From Octopus bimaculoides (Eukaryota), in the NCBI RefSeq assembly GCF_001194135.2, contig NC_068989.1:3623263-3687262 (forward strand): DNA of 64,000 bases, given 5' to 3'. A program made the position numbers and the translations under genes. Shown one piece after another: positions 39,800-51,835 of this stretch. Below the pieces are notes generated by a model. It was not told the origin of the DNA, searched no databases, and was given only the letters and a program-made list of their open reading frames with translations. Position 1 is the first letter of the stretch. Every line of letters starts with the position of its first letter.

Positions 39800-39960
39800 A
39801 GGGTAAGGCAATGGGATACTGGGCCGGACTACCAGGTTGATAGGGAGAGAGTCTGAGTACATGTTGAACAGTCAAACCTATAAATGGGTTGAAAGAAAGC
39901 TATCCTTGGAATATCGGATATAGGTGGCAAACGTATATATTGCCTCTGTAATTTGTTATA
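39800..39960 (+). mobile_element. L1/Tx1 RT fragment
   Basis: GPDYQVDR...TYKWVERKLSLEYRI*VANVYIASVICY, the segment expected just upstream of VPCPD. Confidence 0.7.
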
Positions 39961-41299
39961 ATGTTTTGTCCCATTTTTCTTTTCTCCAAATCAAAGCGTC
40001 TGCCTTTTTGCTTCTTGTGCATTCCATTTGTTAGAAGATCCATCAACTGTCAACACTCAATGCGCGGAAGCTCAGCAGCGGACATTTCATCGATATGCGC
40101 TGAAGATGCCATATCAGCAGAAATTTCAAAACGGAGAGAGGTTGTCCTGAAACAGTTCTACAATTTTAGCTTGTGCCAAGACAAAGATTAGACGTAGAGC
40201 AACTGGAATGTTGCAAGGCATTCACCGACTCTATAAAGGCATTTTTGGACATCACTACAACACTAACATCTTGATTCTCTTCTCTAATGACGTTTTAAAA
40301 CTAGTCTCAGCCAACAAACTTGATTGAAACGAATATATGTTCTTTAGGTTTTTCTTGGCTAGCAGAGAATTCCTGCGCATCCTTTAGGGGAAAAACCAGT
40401 ATCTTTCATTGTTTTTGATGTTCCTTCTAGCAACTGTTTCGTTTGCAGAAGTTTTAAATAATCTTGACAGATGCTGTAGGGTTTGTTTTCTTTCCTGGGG
40501 AATTACGAGTTTCTGTCTTCTGTTTTCTATACACGTAATAGATCTAGGACTGGCATATCATTTCTACTTTGCAGCAGAACCAGTTTTTCTTTCTGATTCC
40601 ATTCTCATACTGCTTCGCAAAAGAATAAAATATAAGATTTCTTCTTCAATATTTTCCAGAATATATTGTATCTTATTTGCAAAGAATGAAAAATAAAATG
40701 TTTGTCATCCATACTAGCATGAAATATTTTTTTCTTTGAAGGTTTATCTAACACAAAACAAATTAGCTTGAGAAACTTGTCGCCCCAGATTGTAATTAAA
40801 GCAATGAACGTTTAAAGTTTCATTTAAACATTTTAAGAATCTTCTTTTATGTTTCAATTTTAAACAAATCTAAAACAACTCATTCTTGATATTTTAAATA
40901 CTTTTTAACAATTTTTATTATAACGAATATTCCGTAACAATCCTGTTATCCACTTTCTATACAGTTTTGATGGCTCCTGTCTTACACCGGATATTTGCCT
41001 TGATGGCTAAAAGATGAAAATCTGAAAATATTCGGAGATACTTATTTCGTCATGAAACTCTAGACAAAATTTTGTAAAACAGTTTTATTTTTTCTCTTAA
41101 AAATGCTATTACAAACTTGTACAAAACGTATTGCAGCGTTGAGAGCTAAAAACATATTTAATATTACAATATACATTAATAGCTGGTAGAGACATCGTAT
41201 TTCGTTTTGTAATCGGGATTTTCTACCAAGTATATTAAAGATTTATAAGTCAATACTGTACCATACTTTGTTTTAGCAGGGCGTTGTTTTAAGTTTTAA

Positions 41300-41505
41300 T
41301 ACATGTTTGTGTGTCTGTGCTTGTTCCCCCCATCATCGCTTGACAACCGATGATGGTGTGTTTACATCGCCGTTCGGTAAAAGAGTCCGATAGAATAAGT
41401 AGTAGGTTTACGAAGAATAAGTCCTGGGGGCGATTTGTTCGACTAAAGGCGGTGCTCCAGCATGGCCGCAGTCAAAATGACTGAAACAAGTACAAAGAAT
41501 AAAAG
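41300..41505 (+). mobile_element. SINE S1, 3' half
   Basis: cgcttgacaaccgatg...gactaaaggcggtgctccagcatggccgcagtc...aagaataaaaga. Confidence 0.9.
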
Positions 41506-41659
41506 AATATATATATATATGTGTGCATGTGTGTGTGTGTGTGTGTACGCATACATACACATGCTATGCATGTATGTTTAAGTTGTATTAGTGCAACGAA
41601 TGTCTTTGTCATACGAATGTAATACACACGCTGGCTTGGGAATCCATTTCTCGTGTTAC

Positions 41660-41735
41660 CTACACATTGGAATCCAGTGCGTAATTCCTAAATCCTTTAA
41701 TTCTAAGCAACAACGACTGGATTCCGGTGTAGGAT
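41660..41735 (-). CDS. candidate 76-nt exon B, (Y)PTPESSRCCLELKDLGITHWIPMC(S)
   Basis: Acceptor ggtggttttgcag|, donor TAG|gtaaca; the only open frame is phase 1 to phase 2; the exon ends are complementary to each other. Confidence 0.4.
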
Positions 41736-42156
41736 CTGCAAAACCACCAAAGCAGTCAAGCAACACAACGACCTAGATTACAAAAAGAATTCTTCAATTT
41801 TATTGATTTATTTAAGCAACAATCACATGGAGCTCGTACGGATCTTTTCTACGTAAGGATTGTAAGCATTCTCTCCTTGCTCCTTATGTATGATATATAT
41901 ACATATATATANNNNNNNNNNNNNNNNNNNNNNNNNNNNNNNNNNNNNNNNNNNNNNNNNNNNNNNNNNNNNNNNNNNNNNNNNNNNNNNNNNNNNNNNN
42001 NNNNNNNNNNNNNNNNNNNNNNNNNNNNNNNNNNNNNNNNNNNNNNNNNNNNNNNNNNNNNNNNNNNNNNNNNNNNNNNNNNNNNNNNNNNNNNNNNNNN
42101 NNNNNNNNNNNNNNNNNNNNNNNNNNNNNNNNNNNNNNNNNNNNNNNNNTATATAC

Positions 42157-42203
42157 AGTGTTTGAGTCTTTTTATAATCGTCTTAAGCAGAGTCTTAGCT
42201 GTT
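42157..42203 (-). CDS. candidate 47-nt exon A, TAKTLLKTIIKRLKH(Y)
   Basis: Strong acceptor ttttctccatgtttttttcag|; weak donor ACT|gtatat next to a gap; the only open frame is phase 2 to phase 1. Confidence 0.35.
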
Positions 42204-42841
42204 CTGAAAAAAACATGGAGAAAATATTTTCTGTTACATGTAGATTTATATGGATTTCTGCGTATGTATGTTGTCCTTTCTACATTATGTGCGTTGTATT
42301 TGATTTTAGTGAGTCATATGTTTTTTTTTATGATAGAAATATGTTGCTTTATATTGTTTTTGAATTCATTTGTACTTGTGTTTTATTTGTTTTATTAAAA
42401 AAAATATTATTGTACATAATTATATGAAAACTTTGTTTATACAGTATAAATCTTTTTTAGATGTGCGTTGATGGGTGGGTGTATTCGTGTGTGTGTGTGT
42501 GTGCGTGTTCGTGTGCATGTGTGTGTGTGTACGTGTGTGAACGTATGTGTATGTATTGATCTAGTTTTTAATCTATAAATACTGATACAGAATGGAGCAC
42601 AATCTCTTTCTCTCTGTATGCTTATATATATACACACGCACATATATATATATATGTGTGTGTGTATGTATATATATATATATACACAGGCACACGCTTA
42701 TATATACATATACACACATGTATATGTATATATTTATGCGTGTATATAGAAAAGAGGGGAAAGAAGAAACGCACTCAACACCAGAGCTGAAGACACCTTC
42801 GAAAGGAAGGGCCCCGTCACGTCGAAAACGGTAGAAGAGTA

Positions 42842-42900
42842 GGGGCGGAAACCGGACGTGGTTCCTCCCGAGGATGTCTTTAGCCACTGGATGCTATAAA
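42842..42900 (+). promoter_or_regulatory. possible core promoter: GC box (GGGGCGG, 42842) and TATAAA (42895)
   Basis: Motif order and spacing only, inside a unique GC-richer segment. Confidence 0.2.
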
Positions 42901-43804
42901 CCGACTCGAAACTTCTGAGGGGCCGTGCTCTTGCTAGATAGCCGTTGAAGCAACACTTGGTTCATCCTTCCTTTCGACAGATTTTGTTTTTAGTGCTGGT
43001 GGGAGTTTCTAGCCACTCTCCTCACCAGGCAAGCCTCATGAGGTGCCGGTTTAATCGATGACGACCCGACCATGCAACGAGTTGTATTGATTTTCGTGTT
43101 ACTAGTAGCACTTATCAGAGACCTCACAAGTGACCTGACAACAGCGTAAAACTCGGAAATAATGTTGTACAAAACAATGTTCGATGAAATATGTTCGTTA
43201 TTTTCATTGATGTCTAGGTGGAGAATTTCTGCAACGGAACATCTTCACATCGATGCATTCGAACGTGTTAGATATAATTTTACACGAACGAAGTTACACA
43301 CGAAATTATTGAAAACCTATACACCGTTGATGAGCCTTAAGAAGAAAAGTGAATCATTTTCAGAAATAAATATTTGCTTTGAAAATATTAGTTGACGAAT
43401 AAAATCATTGTCTTCCGTTGCATGACTTAATAATTAAGTTTGCTTTCATTTTCAAGTCATTGCCTAATAATCATATGAACTGCATTTTCTACAAATGAAA
43501 TATCGCAATAGTTTCTATAATCTGCACCAACAAAATCAGTATTCAATTTAGACATATTCACTACATTTGTAAGCAATTCACTTTCTAATATATTGGCAGG
43601 TTATTGAGAGGCTTCCTTTCGTAGATGAGACTTCAGAAGAATAAAACCACAAAGCGACTCCAATGTCATTTCCTATAATTGCCAATAAAAATATTATCAT
43701 TCATTTATTAACATTGCTTTACTTCCACCAAATATTTGAACATATTTTAGCAATGTTATGCTTTAATCATTAAATATAATTTCACTTATGTTACTTGACT
43801 CGGT

Positions 43805-43920
43805 GCAGCCATGGTTGTGCGGCTGAAAAACAGTTCGCTTTGTAACTGCGTGTTTCCTTGTTCGATCCCACTGTAGCCTCTTGGCTATGTGTCTTCTACA
43901 TAACCTCAGGTATAGGCACA
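43805..43920 (+). mobile_element. diverged SINE S1 head
   Basis: gcagccatggttgtgcgg...gttcgatcccactg...tgtgtcttctac. Confidence 0.6.
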
Positions 43921-44934
43921 CCTTAGAGCAATGTTTGCAGTCAGGAGAATGTGGAGGACCCGTTATATATATATATCCCTCCTTCCCTCTCTCTTTCAGC
44001 TAGAACATTGTATATTTTCTTGTAGAAAGATATTTTCTTGTAGAAAGACATATACCGTTCTGCTTAAGTAATAACAGACGAAATATAGAGAACGTGTAAG
44101 GGGTGGTGGTTACAAGGGCCAAGGGTGATAAGTTGCTGCGCTTTGGATGTAACAAACAAAAAAAAAACTCTCGCCAGGACGGAATTAAATTGCTTGTAAT
44201 CTGAGCTACCGGCAGCTACAAGTCCTCTCCTGCCGACATCGATAGGGCATTGCATTCTGTATTATACTGGGACTCATTAATGATCGGCAAAGCAATAGAA
44301 TATTTCTTGTCGGCAGGCAAAGTTGTTGAGTCAGTATTATGTCAGTTTCGTTGCAGTCGTTATTTGAGTTAACCTTAGCTTCTCGGCTTTCTGTAATCCC
44401 AGAAGAAAAGCAGCGTTTAGTGATTCCTTTTCAAGGTGTATCCTTCAAAGGCTTTAACAACGGTGTGGGAACAGCGATTTACCGCTACGGATTCTTTAGA
44501 TGTGAAGAAAAACGGCGAAAACGTGACTAAACTCTCAGTCGAAACATTTTGTTCCTGAGGGCAGAGAGAAGCGCGTGTTTAAAAGTAAGTGAAATTTTTA
44601 AAAAAATGCACACGTAATTTTAAGATAATGATAATTTTTTTTAATAATTAATCAAAATATCGATCATTGAACGCTGCGCTTCTTTGGAGCAAACAGAGAG
44701 CGAAGCGGCCATCATTAACGAAAGAACAACAGTGGAGGCTTCCACTTCATGCTTGCGTCATACTAACATGAGGAATCTCTCCTCTTGCGATGCAGTCTCA
44801 ACTAATTTTCTCACCACTCAGTAAAAATGCATTTGCGGATTGTGGATGATTAACAACTCGCTCTCGTATGTGCATCTGTATGTTTCTGGGTCTATCTGTG
44901 CATGTTCATGAATTATCGCGTGTGTATGTATATT

Positions 44935-45230
44935 CTCTGTAAGTCTAGTACTTATTGTATCGGTTTCTTTTGCCGAATCGCTGCGTGACTGGGACGTAAA
45001 CACATCAGCATCGGTTGTCATGCGAAGGTGGAGGCACAAACACAGACACAAATAACACACACATATACGACGGGCTTCTTTCAGTTTCCGTCTAGCAGAT
45101 CCACTCACAAGGCTTTGGTCGGCTCTAGGTTATAGTAGAAGACACTTGCCCAAGGTGCCTCGCAGTGGGGCTGAACCCGGAATCATGTGGTTGGGAAGCA
45201 AGCTTCTTACCACACATTCACTCTTGCACC
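44935..45230 (-). mobile_element. SINE S1
   Basis: Diagnostic S1 blocks. Confidence 0.9.
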
Positions 45231-45263
<33 letters not shown>

Positions 45264-46129
45264 GTATGTATGAATGCATACACATACAGAGAGAAATGGA
45301 TTTGAAATGAGATAATTGTTGAAATTATGTTACATATGTTACATATGTTTTCATATGTTTACATATGGTTTCATATTTGCATGTCAATATATTGCATTAC
45401 AAAACCACACTTGCACGCACACATACACATACGCCTAATACACACACATAGACATCTATTTGCTTTATAGCTCCCTATCTACAGATATGTATATATGTGT
45501 ATGTATGCTTGTGAATACGTATGCAGGTATACGACAGGGGTTGCGTGTGACTATACTGGTTGCGCTCTTACACTGTTAAATTCAGACACATCCTCATAGC
45601 CCTTCAGTCTAGTTGAATCGGTTACTATTCCATTAACATCTCCTAAACAGCGTTTGGTTAGTATTGTACATGTTTTTCTAAATTGAAGGCGAACTAAGAG
45701 GCATTGAAGTAAGACCAAATTTATTTACTATGTTAGTGAGTGAGTGGGTTACTAAACACACGAACAAAACGAAAAGATAGGGTCATATCTGAAATTATAT
45801 CCGATATTATATTGTAAAGGCAGAGAAGAAAAGAAAGCCTATGAATGGTAGGTTGGATTAAGGCTATTGGCTCTTTCGGTTGTGATTGGTTGGCGTAAGG
45901 AGAAGCTGCTGTTAACAAGAATATAGAAATAATAACAGTAGTAAAATATATATATATAATTTAATGAAAATTGGCCTTTAAGCAGTGATCAATTAGACTG
46001 CATTCAAACAGAATGCATAAATGTATTTATATGTGTGTACCACATACATTTACGCATACATACATCTATACATCAACATGTATTGGAAAGTATGTATGTG
46101 TGAGAGCGTGTATGTGTGCCTGTGTGTGC

Positions 46130-46183
<54 letters not shown>

Positions 46184-46714
46184 GATATATATATATATAT
46201 ATACACAATCAAACGTACATACATTTGTGTGTATGTGTGTATCCATCACAAATACAATTGTATATACATACAACACACACACACACACATAAATATGTAT
46301 AGACATGTACGTATTTCTACGTATACATATGTGTGTCTGTGTGTCTGTGTGTGCATGTATGCATTATACAGATATACAGACATACATACGTCTAATGTGT
46401 GTATACGGACATCATACATACATACATGTACATACATACATACATACAGCCGCCGTACATGTACATGCATACATACTTACATACACACTAGTATCATAAT
46501 AATAATTTAATAAGAATTGGTCTGCGAATATTGGCCAATCAATGTGTATCCAAACAATGAATGCTAGAACTTGGAGGCAAGCTAATAAAATAAGTTTTTA
46601 ACACCAAAATTGACTCGATTGAGTCAACATTCGAGGCAACCAGTGTAAATATTAAATATTACATGAATTTTTAGCGCTGCCGATAGATACAACAGATATT
46701 TGAAGGTTGCTGAA

Positions 46715-47395
46715 CTTAGCACGAAGGGGTGGGTTTATAACGGTTGTGACGGTGAGGGTGATGAAGGCTGGGGGGTAATTTGTAGCTGTAGTGTTTGTTC
46801 GAGGTATTAAGGGTCGAAAGAGTGGTAGCTGGCCGTCGGGATAGCGGTGAAAGTAGACGTAGATAGGTGTGGTGGTTGTAGCAGATAGTAGTGAAGGGTG
46901 CGGTAGAGGTGTTAGCGTTACCGTTGTGGGTGCAGGTTGGTGTAGGTGAGGTGGTGGAGAGCGATGGCGCTACCGTCAGCGCTGGCGGCGTTGGTGGCGC
47001 TGTTGCTAGATACAGTGGTCTTTGGTAAAGCTGGTGGTGCAGTTAGAGGTTTGAGAAGTGAGTGGCGTTGCTGGAGGTTCTAGCCTTAGTGGTGGAGATG
47101 ATGGTGAAGGTGTCAGCAGCAGCAGCAGCAGCAATAGTAGTAGTGGTAGTAGTAATAGTAGAAATGGCGGTGGTGGTCTTGGCCTTGGTGTTGGTCGTCG
47201 TGGTGGTGGTAGTAGAAGTAGTGATGGTGGTGGTGGTGGTGGTAGTAGAAGTAGTGATGGTGGTGGTGGTGGCTGTGTTGGCGGTGGCTGTGTTGGCGGT
47301 GTTGTGTTGGCGGTGGTTGTGTTGGTGGTGGTTGTGTTGGTGGTGGTAGTAGTATTAGTAATAGTAGTAGTAGTAGTAGTAGTGGTAGTAGTAGG
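46715..47395. repeat. GGT/GTA-rich low-complexity tract
   Basis: Seen directly. Confidence 0.85.
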
Positions 47396-47445
47396 ACAGG
47401 CAAAGGGTTAAAATAACAGCCACATCTCCCTCAAATTAAACATAT

Positions 47446-47690
47446 TTAACCCTTTGTCTGTCTAAAGCATTTTCATAAATTTGTTTTTACCGCCTGTGCT
47501 TGTTTTCAGGTTTTTATGTATCCCTTGTTTCATACGTTCTGTGTAATACAAAGCTTTTCCTTTCATGAGTCCCAAGTTGTTCTGGTGGTTGGCAAAAACT
47601 GGGAGTGATAAGCATCATATGCGACGCATGGATGCCGAGGTGACATACCCTGCGGACCACATGTCATACACAGCACAGGCAAAGAGTTAA
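47446..47690. mobile_element. piggyBac-type MITE
   Basis: TTAACCCTTTGTCTGT...ACAGGCAAAGAGTTAA: 14/16 inverted match with TTAA at both ends. Confidence 0.75.
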
Positions 47691-48869
47691 TGTGGAGTCG
47701 AACCATTTTGAGCTGAATATGGTAGAAGGGTGAGTAGATGTGTTGTCATTCATAGTGTTGGTGTTGGTGTTGGTAGTGTTGGTGGATTTGGTGGTATAGG
47801 GAAACGTACTCATGTTGGCCGAGGTGTTGTGTAATTGGAATGTGTAGTGATGTTGTTTGGTTGTATTGCTATCGGAAGATATAATGATGGGAGGGATTAG
47901 TGTTGGACGTAGTTGTGATGTAGGTAATGTTTGTTGTTAAGTGTTTTTGATACTATACTTATTGTTATTTAACCCGTCACCTATCCCGATCAAACCTGAT
48001 CAAAACCATACCTACAATCAAAAAGTATTCCAGTCATGACCATCCTGTCCATTTACTATGAACAGGAAACCTGAGACCATACTCACTATTGTAGCATTCT
48101 CCAAGGTGGTGCAGTATGATTCGAGGAGAATGTGCTTGCTATTTTTAGCAGATCAGGTAACCAGATACAAGTTTTTTCGTTTTCGTGGGAGTATCACCAT
48201 GGCAATAAGTGCTATCAGCGATGTTATGCTGCGGTGTTAACGTTGTTGTTGTCGTTGTTGTTGTTGTGTAATCCAGATCAGCTCGGATCGAACAGTCTCG
48301 TTGCACAAAGGTCGTCATTGGAACGACTAGAGGTTGTTGTTATCAAATCTAATAATCGATCGGACCTATGATCAACAGCGTTCCAGTATTGACCATCCAC
48401 TCACTCCAGACAGTTTATCTCAGAATACATTATTTAATAGTTTAAGCTGGAGTAAACATAATTAACACGCCACATCAAAAATCTAATTAGCAACGCTAAC
48501 TGCTGTGTGCTGTGCATTAACCAACTCGTCATTGCTGCACTTGTCCTCGATGCAAATAAATACTTTCCATGGTGCTTTATTTCTTTCTTTGTGTTTTTGT
48601 TGGAAACAAAAATTAGATTTCTATTTTTCTAAGATTTATTTTCTTCGTTATTTTTTTTTTGTTTAGTTATTTTTTCAGGCTGAATTCTATTCCTGTTAAG
48701 TTTGGAGTTGATGTGTCACGTTTGAATTCGATCTTATTTTTGGTGTTGTCGAAGACTAATTGGCTATTCTAGCTGTGTACTTAAAGCTAAACAATGCTAC
48801 ATCAGTATTATTTACATTATTTACATTATTTATATTTGACGGATATTTGTCCTCAACTTGTTTGTTGTT

Positions 48870-48915
48870 AACACAACGTTTCGGCTGATATACCCTCCAG
48901 CCTTCATCAGGTGTC
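48870..48915 (-). ncRNA. minimal (Penelope-type) hammerhead ribozyme motif, left arm
   Basis: GACAC-CUGAUGA-A-GGCUG(gaggguauau)CAGCC-GAAACGU-U-GUGUU on the minus strand. Confidence 0.7.
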
Positions 48916-48962
48916 TTGGGGAAATTTCAGACCTGGGTTTTCATTCCTAAGGTATTTTTCTA

Positions 48963-49062
<100 letters not shown>

Positions 49063-49072
49063 GCTATTATTC

Positions 49073-49151
49073 AGGTCACGGCATATGGAGTAGTGGTTAA
49101 GAGCGCGGGCTACTAACCCCAAGATTCCGATTTCGATTTCAGGCAGTGACT

Positions 49152-49152
<1 letters not shown>
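49073..49152 (+). ncRNA. tRNA-like SINE head (not a functional tRNA)
   Basis: A box TGGAGTAGTGG; 7-nt loop CTACTAA on a GGG/CCC stem; degenerate B box ATTTCGATTTC; closed by caggtcac/gtgacttg. Confidence 0.7.
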
Positions 49153-49207
<55 letters not shown>

Positions 49208-49322
49208 AACATCGAAAAATACCTTAGGAATGAGAAACCAGGTTCGAAATTTNNNNNNNNNNAATAACAAAAACATCGAAAAATACCTTAGGAATGAGAA
49301 ACCAGGTTCGAAATTTCCACAA

Positions 49323-49368
49323 GACACCTGATGAAGGCTGGAGGGTATATCAGCCGAAACGTTGTGTT
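49323..49368 (+). ncRNA. minimal (Penelope-type) hammerhead ribozyme motif, right arm
   Basis: Stem I GACAC/GUGUU; core CUGAUGA at 49328-34; stem II GGCUG/CAGCC; GAAA; palindromic ACGU stem III; predicted cleavage after GUU at 49363; one extra A before stem II. Confidence 0.7.
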
Positions 49369-49544
49369 AACCACAAACAAATATCCGTCAAATGTAAATA
49401 ATGTACATAATTCCTCATCTCTTGAATATAGAACTGATTTATCAGTATTGTTGTTTGGTATTCATAAATAATGTAACTTATGAAGAGAAAGATTCCGTCA
49501 AGCAATTGTTGTAAGAGGGAATTGAGAGTGCAACTGCAAGGGAT

Positions 49545-50650
49545 AGGAAAACTGTGATTGCTGATCTAAACAGGAGACCCGGCTTTATGAACGAAGGTAT
49601 GAAACAGATGATAAATATACATAGATTTGGTGGAGGAGATGCTAGTGAAAATGGCATAATATTTGATCAGAATGTGTGCAGTCAACAATATTATTATAAG
49701 AAGTACCCTCTTTACACCCGAGGATATTCATAAATATGTTTGGACATCTCCATAATAATAATTAAAAAAAAATGTCGTAACCAAATAGATAAATGTTTTG
49801 ATAAATGGGTAATGCATAATATCGTTAGGTATTATGTTAGAATATAGAACATACCGAGGTGACCATCAACTTGCAATTGGGACAATGCAGTTGGGGGATG
49901 AAAAAGAAGGGTTTAGAAGCTTTCATACAGGAAAAGATGAACATGATAGAATTATATATGAGTTTGTTATTGAATGTCGGAATCGATTTGCCATGTTTGA
50001 CGTTATAGATGAAGATGATATGGAAATTAACATCGCTTGGAACTTATGGCGGTATATTGTCGAAGGTGTTCTAAGTAAAGGAAAGATTAAAAGAAGGAAA
50101 CGGATTTCGGATGAAACATGGGAAATTATAAAGGCATGAAAGGAAGAAAAACGGATTCTAGAAAGATGAAGAAAGAATCGGATAAACCTTGGAAATAGAT
50201 AAATATTGGAGTATCAAGAGAGAGGTGAAAAAGTGTTCAAGAAGCGATGAAATATGATTCTAGAAAGTTTAAAACTGATGAAACAGATAAATTACTCAGG
50301 AAATAGTCGAGGAAACGCGGAAAAAATGTTTATGAAATAGTAAATGAGATTATAGGTGAAGAAATTAGAAAGACTGATTCTGTAGAGTTCTGATGATAAA
50401 CTAATAACATATAGTTTATACATACAAGAATGATACGGAAAATATTTAATGCAGCCATGAATAAAGGCGTTTAATGCAAGAAACGCTGCTAATTGGTGAA
50501 GGTTGAGAGGAGTTATGGGTTGCAACACGGTAAATGTCTGTTGAAGAAAGAGCAAGACATATTGAGCAATTAGGGAAGGGAAAAACTCCCTGGATGGGAT
50601 GGAATTATAGGAGAAATGCTTCAAACAGATGTTTCTTGGGGCTAAATAAC
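49545..50650 (+). mobile_element. RTE-clade LINE internal remnant (AP-endonuclease C-terminus, linker, start of RT)
   Basis: DIHKYVWTSP, RNQID, YRG-DHQL, NRFAMF, ISDETWEII, GKTP/DGIIGEML; many stops and frameshifts. Confidence 0.85.
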
Positions 50651-50755
50651 AGTAACATTCTTCACTTTCCTGCGACTGCCACATTAGGTTGTCAACAAAC
50701 CATCATTTTATCGCGCTGTTACTGCATAACTCTCTCTGAGAGATTTATAAATGTA

Positions 50756-50793
<38 letters not shown>

Positions 50794-50861
50794 TACTAGT
50801 AATGGTATGACAACAAAAGAATGAATGAGACCTCAAAATTATGTAAATAGAGGAATTTATC

Positions 50862-51056
50862 TGTAATATAATATGTGGCAATCATTCGGTTGCAATAATA
50901 AAACTCCGAGTTTCGGATGTCGGGACGGAAATCTGCTCCGGCATCTCGTCAGATTGCCTTGATAATTGACGAGATGCCGGAGCAGGTTTCCGCCCCGACA
51001 TCCAAAAATCGGAGTTTTATTATGGCAACCGAATAATTGTCACATATTATATTACA
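50862..51056. repeat. 90-bp-arm hairpin (7 mismatches, 15-nt loop) with a hammerhead-like core
   Basis: Arms 50862-50951 and 50967-51056; the minus strand of the left arm reads CUGACGA-GAUG...CAUC-C-GAAACUCGGAGUU. Confidence 0.9.
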
Positions 51057-51213
51057 TACACACACACACATATATATATATATAGTTGAAAATATGTGGA
51101 AAAAAATATAAAAAGTGGAAGAGAAATGCCTTCGTTTCATATAATCTAATATCTTTTTATAAATATATACGTTTTATATGGATGTGAAATCCGACCGGTT
51201 TTCGCTATTCAAA

Positions 51214-51711
51214 TTAGCTTTTCAAAGGACATTGTACAGTAATCCGTTCTCGTGACAGAGGGGTCTCGTCATTTTGGATGTTTGAAGAATAAGCAGAATG
51301 AGTATAGAGATTGAACCAAGGGAAACAACAGGGGGCAAAGGGGACAACTGGCTCCTTGGTATACTTTTTAAAATGGTCAAATATGTATATTGAAGTGTGG
51401 TCTGTAAACTGGATGTTGGGGTTTATATTGTTCAGTGTGGATTTGAAATCCAGAAGTTTATCATAGGTTTCATTCAAGATGATAAAACAATCGTCTAGGT
51501 ACCTTTTCGAGTTTTCTCTTATACACTGGTGGAATGAGGCTCCAAATTTTCGGAGCGAAAGTTCATATAGGGTAGATTCAAAGAAACCCATTATTAGGTT
51601 CGCAAGGACAGGCGCTGCTTTCGTTCCCATCGCAATACCGCATTTTTGGCGATAGTATGTTGTATCGAAAAGGAAATAATTGTTTTGTATATACAAGTAG
51701 CGATGCCACAT
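51214..51711 (-). mobile_element. Penelope-like element RT fragment
   Basis: NNYFLF..YYRQ..GIAMGT..AP.LANL.MG..E and RYLDD, NINPNIQFT are PLE RT motifs; similarity is lost after ~51405. Confidence 0.9.
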
Positions 51712-51734
51712 AATGTAGAATCAACAACTTTTCT

Positions 51735-51835
51735 TCACGTGTCGCTTCTATAATGATTTATAAGATCTGCCTCAGTGAGACAGACACGCCCACACTCGTT
51801 ACAAGCTAAATTGGGCGTGCGCCAAAAATACATGC
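51735..51835 (-). mobile_element. C2H2-like fragment, probably a LINE 3' end
   Basis: NLACNECGRVCLTEADLINHYRS: CxxC-x12-H spacing, last His absent. Confidence 0.45.

Noticed and set aside
39960-41280. Possible decayed transposase-like sequence
   Set aside because: No recognisable motif in the frames I read; left unannotated.
42787-42835. CTGAAGA...GAAA hammerhead-like words
   Set aside because: No valid stem II closing pair, stem III or stem I.
49200-49312. Apparent 50-bp tandem duplication inside the foldback element
   Set aside because: An exact repeat on both sides of a 10-N gap; assembly artefact.
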